The notes under the pieces: model-generated | Told to the model about the DNA's origin: nothing | What the model saw: only the letters and a program-made list of their open reading frames with translations | Database searches by the model: none | Source of the DNA: a virus | Taxonomy: Duplodnaviria; Caudoviricetes | Direction: 5' to 3' (one strand) | Virus record (IMG/VR): IMGVR_UViG_3300037478_000385 | Coordinates: 1 to 59,571 of that record | Length of the DNA stretch: 59,571 nt | Shown: piece by piece, positions 26,740-37,203 of the stretch | Layout: every line of letters starts with the position of its first letter | Numbering within the stretch: position 1 is the stretch's first letter | Program-made: the position numbers and the translations under genes

Positions 26740-28029
26740 CTACAGGGCGATCACATGAGACGGCGGACCGGCGGTGATACGGGTGGTCCCGGCAGTGTTG
26801 ATGTACGTCCACCCCATGGGTGTGGTACCGCGCCATGCGGTCATGGTGATGACGATCTCGGTGCCGTCGTCGTGCACGTCGAGGGTTCCATACTGGTTCC
26901 GGCCGGGCCATTGGCCGAGGTCGTATTGGGTGCTGTTCTCGCTCGGGGTGGCGTCCAGGGAGGCGCAGAGCATGTTGGGGAATCCGCCCTTGGTGGCGCC
27001 TCCGCCGGCGCCTGAGTCGATGGCGAGGACGTGTTTGTCCGCGCTGACCATGACCATGCGGTCCAGCCACCCGTAGTCACCGAGCATGCCCAGGATCGTG
27101 GACTGTTCGCTGGGGTAGCCGAACCAGTTGTCGGACGTCCCGCCGAGCCACGGTGTGGGCATCAGCCACACCAGTGCGGCGGCGGTCGAGGTGGACAGCA
27201 GGGTGTCCAGCCAGGCGAGTTGTGCCGTGCCGAGCATCGTGGACCCGGTCACCCGGTCCGCCCGCGTATCCGACACCACGAAGAGAACCCGCCCGATAGT
27301 GAACTCGTGGTAGATCGGGTTTGCCCCGGCCCCGGCTGGGAGGGTGTAGGACGGGAAGCGCTCCCGGTACACGGTGCAGGCGTTGTCCCGGCCCGGGGAC
27401 GTGGAGTCCGAGTTGTTGGGCCCGTAGTCGTGGTCGTCCCACACGTACACCAGCGGCACCTCTCGGTACAGCTGGTGCTGCCTCGGCTGGGCCAGGACGT
27501 CATCCCACATGGACCGGTACTGGGCTGCCGTGGCCAGCGCGGACAGGCCCCACAGGCCTGACCCGAGGTCGTAGTAGCACATGTCCCCGAGGTGCACGAC
27601 CCGCCGCCAGTCCTCGGCCACAGCCCGGCCGCGGACGGTGTCGAACACCGGGTGGTTGGACAGTCGCGTAGGCACGGCCCCCGTCACGCCCGGGTATACC
27701 GGATCATGCCCGGCATCCCCGCACACGCCGATCGTGAAGGACGCCGCCGTCCCGGCCGCTGTGGGGTCGGTAATGAACTGCCCCGTAGCAGAGGTGTCGA
27801 GGACGCTGTTGTCCTCGACCTGCCAGTAGTAGCGGGTATCCGCCGTCAGCCCCGTCACCGACACCAGCGCCACACCTTGGGCGTCGACTGCGGTGGATGC
27901 TGAGTAGGACGGTGTCGCCATGCCAGGATCGGTGCTGTACGCGATCCTGACCGGCCCCGTGCCCACCTTCGCGGCGAACCGGGCGGTGGTGTCGGTGACC
28001 CCGCCGACCATCATGGAGATCATCGCCAT
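26740..28029 (-). CDS. PhoD-like metallophosphatase in the tail module
   Basis: HLGDMCYYD, WDDHDYGPNN, SDTR, MLG..QL.WL, SADKH; no signal peptide. Confidence 0.85.
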   Translation of the reverse strand: MAMISMMVGGVTDTTARFAAKVGTGPVRIAYSTDPGMATPSYSASTAVDAQGVALVSVTGLTADTRYYWQVEDNSVLDTSATGQFITDPTAAGTAASFTIGVCGDAGHDPVYPGVTGAVPTRLSNHPVFDTVRGRAVAEDWRRVVHLGDMCYYDLGSGLWGLSALATAAQYRSMWDDVLAQPRQHQLYREVPLVYVWDDHDYGPNNSDSTSPGRDNACTVYRERFPSYTLPAGAGANPIYHEFTIGRVLFVVSDTRADRVTGSTMLGTAQLAWLDTLLSTSTAAALVWLMPTPWLGGTSDNWFGYPSEQSTILGMLGDYGWLDRMVMVSADKHVLAIDSGAGGGATKGGFPNMLCASLDATPSENSTQYDLGQWPGRNQYGTLDVHDDGTEIVITMTAWRGTTPMGWTYINTAGTTRITAGPPSHVIAL

Positions 28030-30902
28030 CAGAGCCCCACCGCCGATCGGGACAGCCGGATCCGTGTGCCCGCGGGCCAGGACCGGGAGACCCCATTCAC
28101 ACCCCGCACCACCGTGAAGGTCTGAGGCGACGCGGACCCGGTGATGGCGGTCACCCGCACCACCTCACCACCCAACTGCACATTGAACGGAAACTCGGTC
28201 GGGTGGGTGGCTGTGGTGATCCACGTCCGGTACCCGGAATCCGTCGCCACCACAAGAGACGTGCCCGACGCCGTCACCAACGAGGCCAGCTCCGACCCGG
28301 ACGTATCCGCACGCCCCAAGATCCGGTCACCCAGCACAAACACATTCCACGGCCCAGCCGGCGAGCAGGTGAAGGTGATGTCCCACCGGCCGACGCCGAA
28401 GGTTTCCTTGTAGCCCAGGACCAGCAGATCGAAGCCGTCCGGCCCGTAGTAGTCCGGCGTGTTGATGATCCGGATGCGGCTGCCGATATCGATCAGCAGC
28501 ACCGTATCTATCAGCCCCTGAAGGCGCGGATTGCCCATCTTCAACGTCAGCTGGGGAACACGCATTTCATCGACGGTGGCCACATGCAGACGCCATCCGG
28601 CCTGGTCGGGCAGCTGGTCGTCGCTGTCGACGATCGTGTCCACGGACACGTCGTATTTGCCGATACCGTCCGGAGGATCCTGCACCGACAAGCGCCCGGT
28701 GCTCAGAGTCGATGTCGCCTCCGACCCCTCACGCCGTTTGGCCGTCATCTCATTCTTGACGCCCTTATCGTCATCGGTCGGATCGAACGGCGCGAACACC
28801 TCACCGTTGGCCCAGTTCAGGGTCAGCGCAACGGTTTGGTTGTACAGGGTCTCCCTGGCCTGGTGTTTCAGGCCGAGGACAGCGCGCTGCTCCGTGAGCA
28901 GGCCCATCTCGGTGGCCGCAGCCTGCCGGATCAGCTCCAGCGCGGTGCCGGTGGGATACGGGCCCAGTCGCTCCTCGGCAGGGCCGGTGATCTCCAGCGG
29001 GATGTCTTCCTGACCCACCAAACGGTTGAGGAAGTTGCGGGTGGTCTGTCCCCGCAGCCCCGTGGTAGACGACTGAGCGCCGGTCGTCGCATCACCCGAC
29101 CCGGTGTATGCGCTGTGATCCAGCACGCCCCAGGCGGTGATATGGCCCAGGAACATGCCCGCAACGCCATCACCGAAAGTAGTGTCGATACGGGAGAACC
29201 GGCCCGCGCTCGTAGAGACGATAGTGCCGGAGTTTCCCCAGCTGGCGCCGCCGTCCGGGTCCTGCCAGTCGAAGAAGACGTCCAGATCCGCGCCATCTTC
29301 TTGAGCCCGCACCCGTAGAAGCCGCCAGGCGTTCAGCAGGCTGGGGCCGCCCCCGCCGATGGCGGCCTCGTGGTTGGCAGTGAAGGTGGTGAGCTCGGTG
29401 TTGCTTTCGTCGAAGATCCGCGCCCGCATCCGGTGGACTCCGGCGTCCAGCTGCAGGGATATCACCCAACGCTCGGCGGCGGACCCGGACGTAACGAACT
29501 CCAGGATGGTGTGCTCGTTCGCATCATCGGGGTAATCGTTGTCGTTGATGCGGAAGAGCATGTTGACCGACCAGAATCCGGTCTCCGTGCCGGGTACTGC
29601 AGCGCTGGACATGCCCGCGCTGTCGGTGATCTTCGGCAGCGGATCGGAGCCGACCAGGTCGGAGTCTTTGGCGAACTCCATCCCGAAAACCGTGAGCGGC
29701 CCGCCCGTACCCGTCAGAGTCGCATCGGCAGCCTGAGTATCGCCCTGCGCGCCCTCTTCCAGAGGCCAGTAGACCATGGGGAACAGCTGCGGGATGTGAC
29801 GCCGCATCGTGGATTTCAGCGGCTTGGTGCCCTGCCCCATACGTCGCAGCAGCCCGGCCGGGGCGGTAGGGGTGGTGACGTCGTTACCTGACTCGTCCGT
29901 ACGGCGGGGCGGCCAGGCGGGGATCTCCGCGCTGATGCGGACTACGCCGGTGTCTTCGGTCGGGTCGCGTACCTCGAGGTCCCCTGCGTGTACCTCGAAC
30001 GGGAAGGTCGTGAGAGTGGCGTTGGTGACGCCTCGGTAGCCGATCTCGCCCGAGGTGTAGGTCTCGTCGTACGCCTGGGAGTGCCACGCTTTCGGCTCGG
30101 TGGTGCCGTCGGTCCATACCCGCAGGCGCAGCTCGGCGCCGATGCACTGCACCCGCACGCGCAAGGCCACCCCGGCCTGGTACGTCAGACCGGCCACGGC
30201 CTGCGCAGTGGAGAGCGTTGTCGATGATCCGTCATCGACACGGATGATGTTGGTGTCGACGTGGAGGCCCTCGCCAGCGGCCAGGCCGGTGCCCGTCAGG
30301 AACTTGGTCTGGAATTCGTACCAATTGTGGTTGGTTGAGTCCAGGCGGCCCATGAATGACATGGACACCGACGTGCCGCCTGAGTTGCTGACGGCCGCCG
30401 TGTCGGTGGCGACGGTGAACGTCGCCTCGAAATCTGACTCATCCACGGCGTCCAGGCGGATGAACCTCGAGGAGTTTGCGGCACTCAGCGTGAGTTGTCC
30501 GGTACCACCTGAGACCGCGAAGTCAGAGGAAGAAGGCGATATCCCGAACGGGTCGTAGATCGTCCAGGTTTCGCCCGAGTCGGCGTCGCCCCAGCCGTTG
30601 GTTTCTGTGCGGGCGAAGGTGTCGATGATGCCCGGGGCCGGGTCGGCGGGGACATCGTCCACCCGCAGCCGGAACTGGGTATTGCGGCCGATCTTCCCGA
30701 ACAGGGAGCTGTTCGGATTCCGCGGTGAGTACTCCCCGTCGCGGTTGTCGATCGCGACATTTGCCTTGCCCGGCTGGGCAATGCTTCCCTCACTGTTCAT
30801 GCCCCGCGTGACAGTCACCGGCGAGTCGGCGCGCATCGAGACGCTCTGCCATGCGCCGTCGACCAGGATCTCGCCTGTCGGTGTCAGTGGCCAGCTTGTC
30901 AC
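28029..30902 (-). CDS. Large minor tail (tail tip/baseplate) protein
   Basis: Follows the tape measure gene; NRDGEYSPRNP, YWPLEEG. Confidence 0.8.
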   Translation of the reverse strand: MTSWPLTPTGEILVDGAWQSVSMRADSPVTVTRGMNSEGSIAQPGKANVAIDNRDGEYSPRNPNSSLFGKIGRNTQFRLRVDDVPADPAPGIIDTFARTETNGWGDADSGETWTIYDPFGISPSSSDFAVSGGTGQLTLSAANSSRFIRLDAVDESDFEATFTVATDTAAVSNSGGTSVSMSFMGRLDSTNHNWYEFQTKFLTGTGLAAGEGLHVDTNIIRVDDGSSTTLSTAQAVAGLTYQAGVALRVRVQCIGAELRLRVWTDGTTEPKAWHSQAYDETYTSGEIGYRGVTNATLTTFPFEVHAGDLEVRDPTEDTGVVRISAEIPAWPPRRTDESGNDVTTPTAPAGLLRRMGQGTKPLKSTMRRHIPQLFPMVYWPLEEGAQGDTQAADATLTGTGGPLTVFGMEFAKDSDLVGSDPLPKITDSAGMSSAAVPGTETGFWSVNMLFRINDNDYPDDANEHTILEFVTSGSAAERWVISLQLDAGVHRMRARIFDESNTELTTFTANHEAAIGGGGPSLLNAWRLLRVRAQEDGADLDVFFDWQDPDGGASWGNSGTIVSTSAGRFSRIDTTFGDGVAGMFLGHITAWGVLDHSAYTGSGDATTGAQSSTTGLRGQTTRNFLNRLVGQEDIPLEITGPAEERLGPYPTGTALELIRQAAATEMGLLTEQRAVLGLKHQARETLYNQTVALTLNWANGEVFAPFDPTDDDKGVKNEMTAKRREGSEATSTLSTGRLSVQDPPDGIGKYDVSVDTIVDSDDQLPDQAGWRLHVATVDEMRVPQLTLKMGNPRLQGLIDTVLLIDIGSRIRIINTPDYYGPDGFDLLVLGYKETFGVGRWDITFTCSPAGPWNVFVLGDRILGRADTSGSELASLVTASGTSLVVATDSGYRTWITTATHPTEFPFNVQLGGEVVRVTAITGSASPQTFTVVRGVNGVSRSWPAGTRIRLSRSAVGL

Positions 30903-30905
30903 TAC

Positions 30906-32867
30906 TCAGCCCTCCGCCAGCTCGACGACGGAGCCGTTACCGACGTTCCGCACGATGGACTTGAAGAAGGTGACGAAGGCGTCTTCGCCGCCGGTCACAT
31001 CGAGTACCACACGCGTCGTCACAGGCTGCACCTTGGTCACCGACGGAGCCTGCACTGTGTTGATCATGCTCTCCAGGCGGGACAGCGGCAGGATCGCCTC
31101 ATCCTCGCGGCCCTCACCCACCATCGCCACAGTGGGCCCGGTAGCAATACCACCCGCGGCCAGGAACGGGACAAACGGAATGGACGGGATGCTCACGCCC
31201 GGCACCCGGTTCGCACCACCGATCAGCGTATTGATCCCACCGATCGCCCGGTTGATCAAACTGATCGCACCGTTCAACGCCCCCCTGAGCCCGCTCGTGA
31301 TGCCATTCCACATGCCGGAGAAGAAGCCTCCGATCCGCTTCACCGCACCGGACACCTTGCTGGTGATGGCGGCCCACTGGCGGCTGATCCAACCAGTTAT
31401 GGGACCCCAGTTCCTGATGATGATCACGAGCGGATTGAAGTCGAAGAGAACAGCCTTGACGATGTTGATCGCCGCGCTGATCTTCCGCGTGATCCAGTCC
31501 AAGATGCCGCCGAGGAAGCCTCTGATACTGCCCCAGACGGCCTCAGCTTTGCCCTTGATCCAATCCCACAGTTGCCCAAGCTGCTGCTTGGCCCAGTCCC
31601 ACTTGAGGATCAGGAGGGCCACGATGGCGATCAAGGTGATGATGCCGAGAACAATCCACGTGATCGGGTTCGCGAGAAGGGCGATCGTCCACGCGATCGT
31701 CGCCGCCGTCAGCACCAGGAAAATCTCTGCCAACACGATCATCGCCGGAATCACCGCCGCCTTGATCAGCCCCTGGTGCTCCCGGAAGAACTCACCGACC
31801 CGTATCAGCACCGGCAGCAGCAGCTCACCCAGAGTGTTCTGCACGGTGCGCATCACCGCGTCGAACTGCTGCGCCGGATCACCCTCCATCGCAGCAATCA
31901 GATCCTGCATAGACCCGCCCGCGTTATCCAGCCCGGCCGATGCCGCCGCACTCGCTGGATCGAGCGCGTACAGCGCATCACCCATGACATTGGCCGGATC
32001 ACCGAACAACGCCGCCGCCGCGTTCAACTTGGTCTGCTCATCCGTCGTACCCCGCAGCGCGTCCAGCGTCTCCTGCAAGGCACCCTCGGCGTGCTTGCCG
32101 CCCTTGCCGATCTTCGCGGCCATGTCGTCCGCGCTGAGCCCGATCGAGGAGTAGGCATCGTCCACGGCGGTGCCGCCGGCCAGGGCCCGCTCACCGAACT
32201 GCCCGATCGCGTCGGCTACCTGGTCGGCATCCCGCGCGCCGTTGTTCAGCGCCTGGGAGATCAGCCCCATCGACGTCTGCCCGTCCAGCCCGACCCGGCG
32301 GAACTGCGTCGAGTACTCCTCCATTGTGGGCAGCACGTCATCCCGCAGTTCGGCAGGAATCGACTGCATGGTCTTGGCGATCAGGTCGAAGCCCTCGGTG
32401 GCGTCGGCGACCAAGTCCGTCTTGATGAGCTTGCCTACCGCGCCCGTCGCGTCGGCAACATCAACCTTGAACGTCTTCGACAACGCCAAAGCGGAAGCCG
32501 ACATCTCCTCCAGCTCGGCATCCGTGAAATCCCCCAGGTCCCCGATGGACGTCTGGACACCGCCCAGCGCATCAGCGACATCCGCCATCGAGTCACCAAA
32601 ACCCCGACTGAACACATCCCCCGCAACATCGCCCGCACGCTGCGCCTCCACCTCGGTCAGCCCGAGTTGGTTCTGGAGGCTGGTCTGCGCGGAGGCGATG
32701 TCCATGGCCCCCTCGATGCCGAAAGAGAACGCCGCGCCCACCGCCGCGCCCGCGATGCCGGCGCCAGCGGCCACACCGGCGAGGCCGCGGTTGACGCGGG
32801 CCCCGCCCTCCACCGTGTCATCCTGGATACCGATACGGACGAGGAGCTCATCGAGGACGGTTGCCAT
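30906..32867 (-). CDS. Tape measure protein
   Basis: MATVLDELLVRIG; Ala-rich; NPITWIV and W-periodic repeats. Confidence 0.9.
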   Translation of the reverse strand: MATVLDELLVRIGIQDDTVEGGARVNRGLAGVAAGAGIAGAAVGAAFSFGIEGAMDIASAQTSLQNQLGLTEVEAQRAGDVAGDVFSRGFGDSMADVADALGGVQTSIGDLGDFTDAELEEMSASALALSKTFKVDVADATGAVGKLIKTDLVADATEGFDLIAKTMQSIPAELRDDVLPTMEEYSTQFRRVGLDGQTSMGLISQALNNGARDADQVADAIGQFGERALAGGTAVDDAYSSIGLSADDMAAKIGKGGKHAEGALQETLDALRGTTDEQTKLNAAAALFGDPANVMGDALYALDPASAAASAGLDNAGGSMQDLIAAMEGDPAQQFDAVMRTVQNTLGELLLPVLIRVGEFFREHQGLIKAAVIPAMIVLAEIFLVLTAATIAWTIALLANPITWIVLGIITLIAIVALLILKWDWAKQQLGQLWDWIKGKAEAVWGSIRGFLGGILDWITRKISAAINIVKAVLFDFNPLVIIIRNWGPITGWISRQWAAITSKVSGAVKRIGGFFSGMWNGITSGLRGALNGAISLINRAIGGINTLIGGANRVPGVSIPSIPFVPFLAAGGIATGPTVAMVGEGREDEAILPLSRLESMINTVQAPSVTKVQPVTTRVVLDVTGGEDAFVTFFKSIVRNVGNGSVVELAEG

Positions 32868-33213
32868 CTGATGTGCTCCCTTCGTCTTGCCGGTCGTATT
32901 CGGACTGGATGCCCTTGATCATGTTGAGTAGTTGCCGCCCGGTCTTACGCCGGGCTTTCCGACTCCACTGCATCAAGTGATCTTTCAGCTTCGGCTTGCG
33001 GCCCTTCCGCATGTTCGGTGCCGCGATGTCCATCCCCAGCCGTGCGGCGACCATGTCGAGACGGTTCGGGGTGATGGGCCCGTACAGGTTCTGGTAGGCG
33101 ATCAGGCGGATCATTTCGTCCTCCCAGAAACGCTGCAGCACCTCACCGGGAGTCATCTGGAATGCGACGGCCAGGTCATACTGGATCTTCAGCTCTGGCC
33201 GGTCGAGAAATCC
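32848..33213 (-). CDS. Tail assembly chaperone frameshift extension (gpT-like)
   Basis: The -1 frame is open from G_GAT_TTC (33207-33213) up to the tape measure gene. Confidence 0.65.
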   Translation of the reverse strand, partial: GFLDRPELKIQYDLAVAFQMTPGEVLQRFWEDEMIRLIAYQNLYGPITPNRLDMVAARLGMDIAAPNMRKGRKPKLKDHLMQWSRKARRKTGRQLLNMIKGIQSEYDRQDEGSTSDGNRPR

Positions 33214-33611
33214 TCTTCAGCCTTCTTGATCTTCTCGACGAAGTCAGTCTCAGCTTCATCGCCGGACAGGTACTTGCACAGGTTGAACAGTCCGTTGACC
33301 GCACCTGCGTCGCTCTTGTCCAGCCACGCGACACCCTCCCGCAGGTCCGGGAAGACCAGCTCATCCGTCTCCGGATCGTGTAGCGACTTCGCGACGATCC
33401 ACGCCTTGTTGGAGGTGATCGACATCTCTGCCGTGTCCTTCTTGCCCGGCGTCATGTGTAGCTTGTTCAGCCGGTTCTGGTACTGCTCCCAGTCGCCCGA
33501 GGGCAGCCCACGCACCCGAAAGGTGCCGCCGCCGAACTGCGGCACATCCACGTCCTCGAACTTCGGACCCTGGCCAGCGGCGTTGACAATGAGATCTTTC
33601 AGGCTGCCCAT
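33189..33611 (-). CDS. Tail assembly chaperone (gpG-like)
   Basis: Position after the tail tube gene; EDVDVPQFGG. Confidence 0.8.
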   Translation of the reverse strand: MGSLKDLIVNAAGQGPKFEDVDVPQFGGGTFRVRGLPSGDWEQYQNRLNKLHMTPGKKDTAEMSITSNKAWIVAKSLHDPETDELVFPDLREGVAWLDKSDAGAVNGLFNLCKYLSGDEAETDFVEKIKKAEEDFSTGQS

Positions 33612-33622
33612 GCGTAACTCCC

Positions 33623-34054
33623 TTAGCCGGTGGCCGTCAGAGTCGGCTTGCCGGAAATCTTGACGGTGACCTCGCGCTCCATACGGTCATCCACGGGAAA
33701 GCTGTCACCCAGGCTGGTGATCAGCGCGGAGAACTCCCACGTGTGCTCATCAGCATCACCGGGGAGAAGTACCACCTGGTAGTCGCGCAGGTCGTCTTCC
33801 TCGAAGTCAGCGTCAAGCGCTTTGTGCCCGGCGTCGCCCGGGTTGTAGTTCAACGTGATGCTGACCTCCCCGCCGTCCTTGAGCCCTTTGACGAACTCCC
33901 GGTATTGGTCCGGGGAGTCATGGGCGGTGACCTCGATGGCCTCCCGCTCCCGCTCCGGACCGGAGAGGTCGGACACGTTGGCGATCTTCACGAAGCTGCC
34001 GCCGCCCGTGGAGTCCCGCTTGAACTCCGTACCAAAGGCATCTATGCCAGCCAC
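33623..34054 (-). CDS. Major tail tube protein
   Basis: IEVTAHDSPDQYREFVKGLKDGGEVS...VKISGKP. Confidence 0.9.
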   Translation of the reverse strand: MAGIDAFGTEFKRDSTGGGSFVKIANVSDLSGPEREREAIEVTAHDSPDQYREFVKGLKDGGEVSITLNYNPGDAGHKALDADFEEDDLRDYQVVLLPGDADEHTWEFSALITSLGDSFPVDDRMEREVTVKISGKPTLTATG

Positions 34055-34057
34055 GAT

Positions 34058-34402
34058 TCACTTCCCCAGCTTGTAGACGGCGACGGTGATGTCCGCCGCA
34101 GAGTCGCTGTAAGTGATCGTGGCCCGGCCGGTCGCGCCCCGGAACAAGCTGGTCAGGGGGATGATCCCGTAGTTCGCCGTGGTGACGACCAGCGTCGCCT
34201 GCGCGATGGCGTGACCATCGACAGTACCCGGCGTGTCGATGGTCACGGTCCGCGTCTCGGAGACGTGGGCATTGAGCACGAGCAGGAAGTGGGCGGGCCC
34301 GATTTCCGCTGTGTCGCCACCGGATGCAGCGGCGGTCAGGTCTGTGTCGAGGTCGGGGCGCCCCGTGACAGTGGCGATCTCAATGGTGGTCAGGTCGGCC
34401 AT
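34058..34402 (-). CDS. Virion structural protein
   Basis: Beta-rich; between terminator and tube genes. Confidence 0.65.
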   Translation of the reverse strand: MADLTTIEIATVTGRPDLDTDLTAAASGGDTAEIGPAHFLLVLNAHVSETRTVTIDTPGTVDGHAIAQATLVVTTANYGIIPLTSLFRGATGRATITYSDSAADITVAVYKLGK

Positions 34403-34415
34403 GATCCCTATCTCC

Positions 34416-34853
34416 TTAGCTGTTCGAGGTCCAGATATCGACGCGGTCCACGCGATGCCGCACCGAACGGTCCGCGTCGGGCACCTTGCGGGACTCCATG
34501 TGCCGCACCATCCACACCGTGTGCCCCGCAACGTGCGGGTCGAGGGTCTTATGCGCGTGGTCCAGCAGCGCCACCAGGCGCGCGCCGACCGTGTTGTCCG
34601 GGCGGCTATTACGGCCCCGCACATCCCCCCGCGCGAACGTGTGGATGCGGGCGGTCACCCTGCGGCCCGGGTCGTCGTGCGTACCGTCCGGAATCGACGT
34701 CAGCTCCGGCACCACCACAAACGGGTACTGGCGGGCGTTCAGCTCCGGCATCTCATCCAGGACATCCATCACCGTCTGCATGACCTCCGGGTCAGAGCGC
34801 AACAGCTCCCACAGCCCGGACTGCACCGCCTGCGCCGGATCAACCGTCGTCAA
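34416..34853 (-). CDS. Tail terminator (DUF3168-like)
   Basis: VLDEMP...YPFVV; position. Confidence 0.75.
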   Translation of the reverse strand: MTTVDPAQAVQSGLWELLRSDPEVMQTVMDVLDEMPELNARQYPFVVVPELTSIPDGTHDDPGRRVTARIHTFARGDVRGRNSRPDNTVGARLVALLDHAHKTLDPHVAGHTVWMVRHMESRKVPDADRSVRHRVDRVDIWTSNS

Positions 34854-35212
34854 CGCGGAAGCACCCCCTTCACGTCCTTCGCGACCCTCGCCGCGTAGCG
34901 CTGCTCCGCCCGCTCCAGCGCGGGCTGCACATAGGGCTGCGCCGTCATCCGCGCGGTGCCCAGTTCCACGGGCGCCGCGTGGTCGGCATCCACGCGGACG
35001 ATGCCGCCGCCGGCCGGCTCCTCATCCACATGCACGGAGTCCCGCAGCTCACCGGTATCGACCGGCGCGCCCTGCGAAATGTCCACGCCCAGTGCCAGCA
35101 GCTCCTCATCCGCGGCCTGCTGCGCGGCCTCGGACATGTCTTCGGCAATGTGGTCGATGCGTGCCGTGAGCTGCCGGATGCCGATCACGTCGGTGCGTTC
35201 TCTGCGCGCCAT
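34850..35212 (-). CDS. HK97 gp10-like neck protein
   Basis: APVDTGELRDS...VELGTARMTAQPY. Confidence 0.85.
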   Translation of the reverse strand: MARRERTDVIGIRQLTARIDHIAEDMSEAAQQAADEELLALGVDISQGAPVDTGELRDSVHVDEEPAGGGIVRVDADHAAPVELGTARMTAQPYVQPALERAEQRYAARVAKDVKGVLPR

Positions 35213-35213
35213 G

Positions 35214-36254
35214 TCAGATCGCCCTCTTCCTGACCTTGCGGCCGTACTCGGTGCGGGCCTGCTCCCGTAGATCAGCCAAGCCGACGCCGCGGACTTCCCG
35301 CTCGCCTTCACCCACGCCGATCGTGCGGGCGTAGGCAGTGCGTTCCTGCACGAGGCGGGACATGGCTTCGGCGATCGTCAGGTCGCGGACGAGGGGCGGC
35401 ACATGGTGCCGGGTGACCGGGGCTGCGGTGGAGTGCGCGGCTGCGGTGGTGCCCAGCGCGCCACGGACGACCGTCAGCAGCCTCGACACGAACACGTTCG
35501 CGTTGTCCAGGTGGGATTCCAGGGTGGTGCCGTCCCAGGCCCGCTTCACCACAAGATCGTTCGCGGCGATATCGACGATGAGCATCCGCTCCCCGCCGAT
35601 CAGAATCGTCTCCCCCTCGTGGAACGTGCTGCCGTCATCGACGGGGATCGTCGTCGATGATGCCGAGGACACCGCAGCGGTCAAGTCCTCACCGGAGTCG
35701 AGGAACGCCCGCCCGGTCACCGCCATCCGCTCGTCACCGACACGGATCAGATCCCCCACCCCGACCAGGGAACCGTCCGTCACATCCACACCGGTCTCCG
35801 ACGCATCGAGTTCCTCAGCCAGTGCGCCGGCACTCTCGTCCTCGTCCCAGTAGCCGAAGAGCCCGGTGATCGATATGTCGCGCTGGTGGGTGTCCCCGCC
35901 GCCGAAGGCCGCGTTGGAGTCGAGGTCGATCTCGATGTGTGTGAAAGGTGGTTCGTCGCGCTGGTCGGAGCGGCGCAGGAAGAAGTCCGCCGCGTCGATG
36001 GTGGTGCCGCCGGACGACAGGGTGGTGACGGAGATGAGGGTGTTGGTGTCGAGCCACAACCGCCACGGGCGGGCGTACTGCCGGTTGGGCCAGTCGAAGA
36101 AGCGGGTGGCGATCTCGGGGTAGAAGCGGCGGTGACACAGGCCCTCGACTGAGTCGCTGGCGGAGTGCAGTGCGCGGTAGATCTGCGTTTCGGCGCGGGC
36201 AGTCTCCAGTACGTCAAGGGCGTTCTTGATGTCCTCGACGTTGGCGTAGGTCAT
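35214..36254 (-). CDS. Head-tail connector with internal repeated beta modules
   Basis: MTYANVEDIK...CHRRF; two GD/GE.I..G.ERM.V modules; VPPLVRDLTIAEA. Confidence 0.7.
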   Translation of the reverse strand: MTYANVEDIKNALDVLETARAETQIYRALHSASDSVEGLCHRRFYPEIATRFFDWPNRQYARPWRLWLDTNTLISVTTLSSGGTTIDAADFFLRRSDQRDEPPFTHIEIDLDSNAAFGGGDTHQRDISITGLFGYWDEDESAGALAEELDASETGVDVTDGSLVGVGDLIRVGDERMAVTGRAFLDSGEDLTAAVSSASSTTIPVDDGSTFHEGETILIGGERMLIVDIAANDLVVKRAWDGTTLESHLDNANVFVSRLLTVVRGALGTTAAAHSTAAPVTRHHVPPLVRDLTIAEAMSRLVQERTAYARTIGVGEGEREVRGVGLADLREQARTEYGRKVRKRAI

Positions 36255-36306
36255 TCCGTCGCGCTGCACTGCTCCTCCTCTCCAAGGGCTGCTGCGGAGT
36301 GGTGAT

Positions 36307-36717
36307 CTACAGCGCTCCGTGGGTTATGTAAAACTCCATGATCCCGGACTTCGAGACACCCGCGCCGGTGACGCTCAGGCTGTACCCGCCGCCGTGTAAG
36401 AACTGGCGGAAAAATATGCCCTTCGCGGCGTTGTAAGAGTAGATCGAGTGGTGTGATCCGGCCGTGTTGGACTTGTCCAGGCCCTCTTCGTTGAGGACGT
36501 CCACGCCGTGCTGATCGCACAGCAGGGTGACGTCATACAAGTTGCTCGGCTGGGCCGCACCAGAGCCGGGAGAGAACGTCGCCGCGATGCCTCCCCCGTG
36601 GATCAGATCGTGGCTGATGCCACTGACCACACCGGACGCGTCCGACGTCCACGCGTACGTGTACCGGTAGATCAGTGATCCAACATGTGAGCTGCTGAAC
36701 GCGATGCTGCCAGCCAC
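36307..36717 (-). CDS. Hypothetical virion protein
   Basis: ORF in the late operon. Confidence 0.6.
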   Translation of the reverse strand: MAGSIAFSSSHVGSLIYRYTYAWTSDASGVVSGISHDLIHGGGIAATFSPGSGAAQPSNLYDVTLLCDQHGVDVLNEEGLDKSNTAGSHHSIYSYNAAKGIFFRQFLHGGGYSLSVTGAGVSKSGIMEFYITHGAL

Positions 36718-36732
36718 TGCTGCCCCCGGCTA

Positions 36733-37203
36733 TCAGTCGCTGTCAGGCCCCGACGTAGGATCCGTCTTCTCGCCAACCGTCAAACGTGCAGAAGAGGATT
36801 CCGTCCGGGCCTTCGCGGAGCGGCTCCCCGTCATTCGGACAGGCTTCCGGCGGGCGGGTTTGCTCGGCTCGGAGCTCGTCGGCGGCTTCGCGGATGATGC
36901 TGATGAGCTGCTCCCAGGCGATGACTCCTCGCCTCCCTCCAGCGGCACCGAGTCCGGTGCATAGGCCTCGTCAGGCACTGGCGGCAGAGCCTCGCCCGGA
37001 GTCGCCTCCAGCAGAGGCGCCACGTGCTTAGGCGCCGCTCCGGCCTCCGGCGAGGGCACGGTCTTGTTCGACGCACCACCGTGGCGGGTGATCTTCGCCA
37101 TCGGGTCCCCCTCCTCGTGGAATTCCGTGTTGTGGCAGCGGGGGCACAGGAACAGGGCCACCCGATACTTCGTCGTGCACACCGTGCACACCCACAGCGC
37201 CAT
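36733..37203 (-). CDS. Zinc-ribbon protein with disordered tail
   Basis: CTVC...CPRC, then MAKITRHGG and a low-complexity region. Confidence 0.6.
   Translation of the reverse strand: MALWVCTVCTTKYRVALFLCPRCHNTEFHEEGDPMAKITRHGGASNKTVPSPEAGAAPKHVAPLLEATPGEALPPVPDEAYAPDSVPLEGGEESSPGSSSSASSAKPPTSSEPSKPARRKPVRMTGSRSAKARTESSSARLTVGEKTDPTSGPDSD

Noticed and set aside
33189-33213. Tail chaperone frameshift as a novelty
   Set aside because: A well-known feature of long-tailed phages; listed as a feature only
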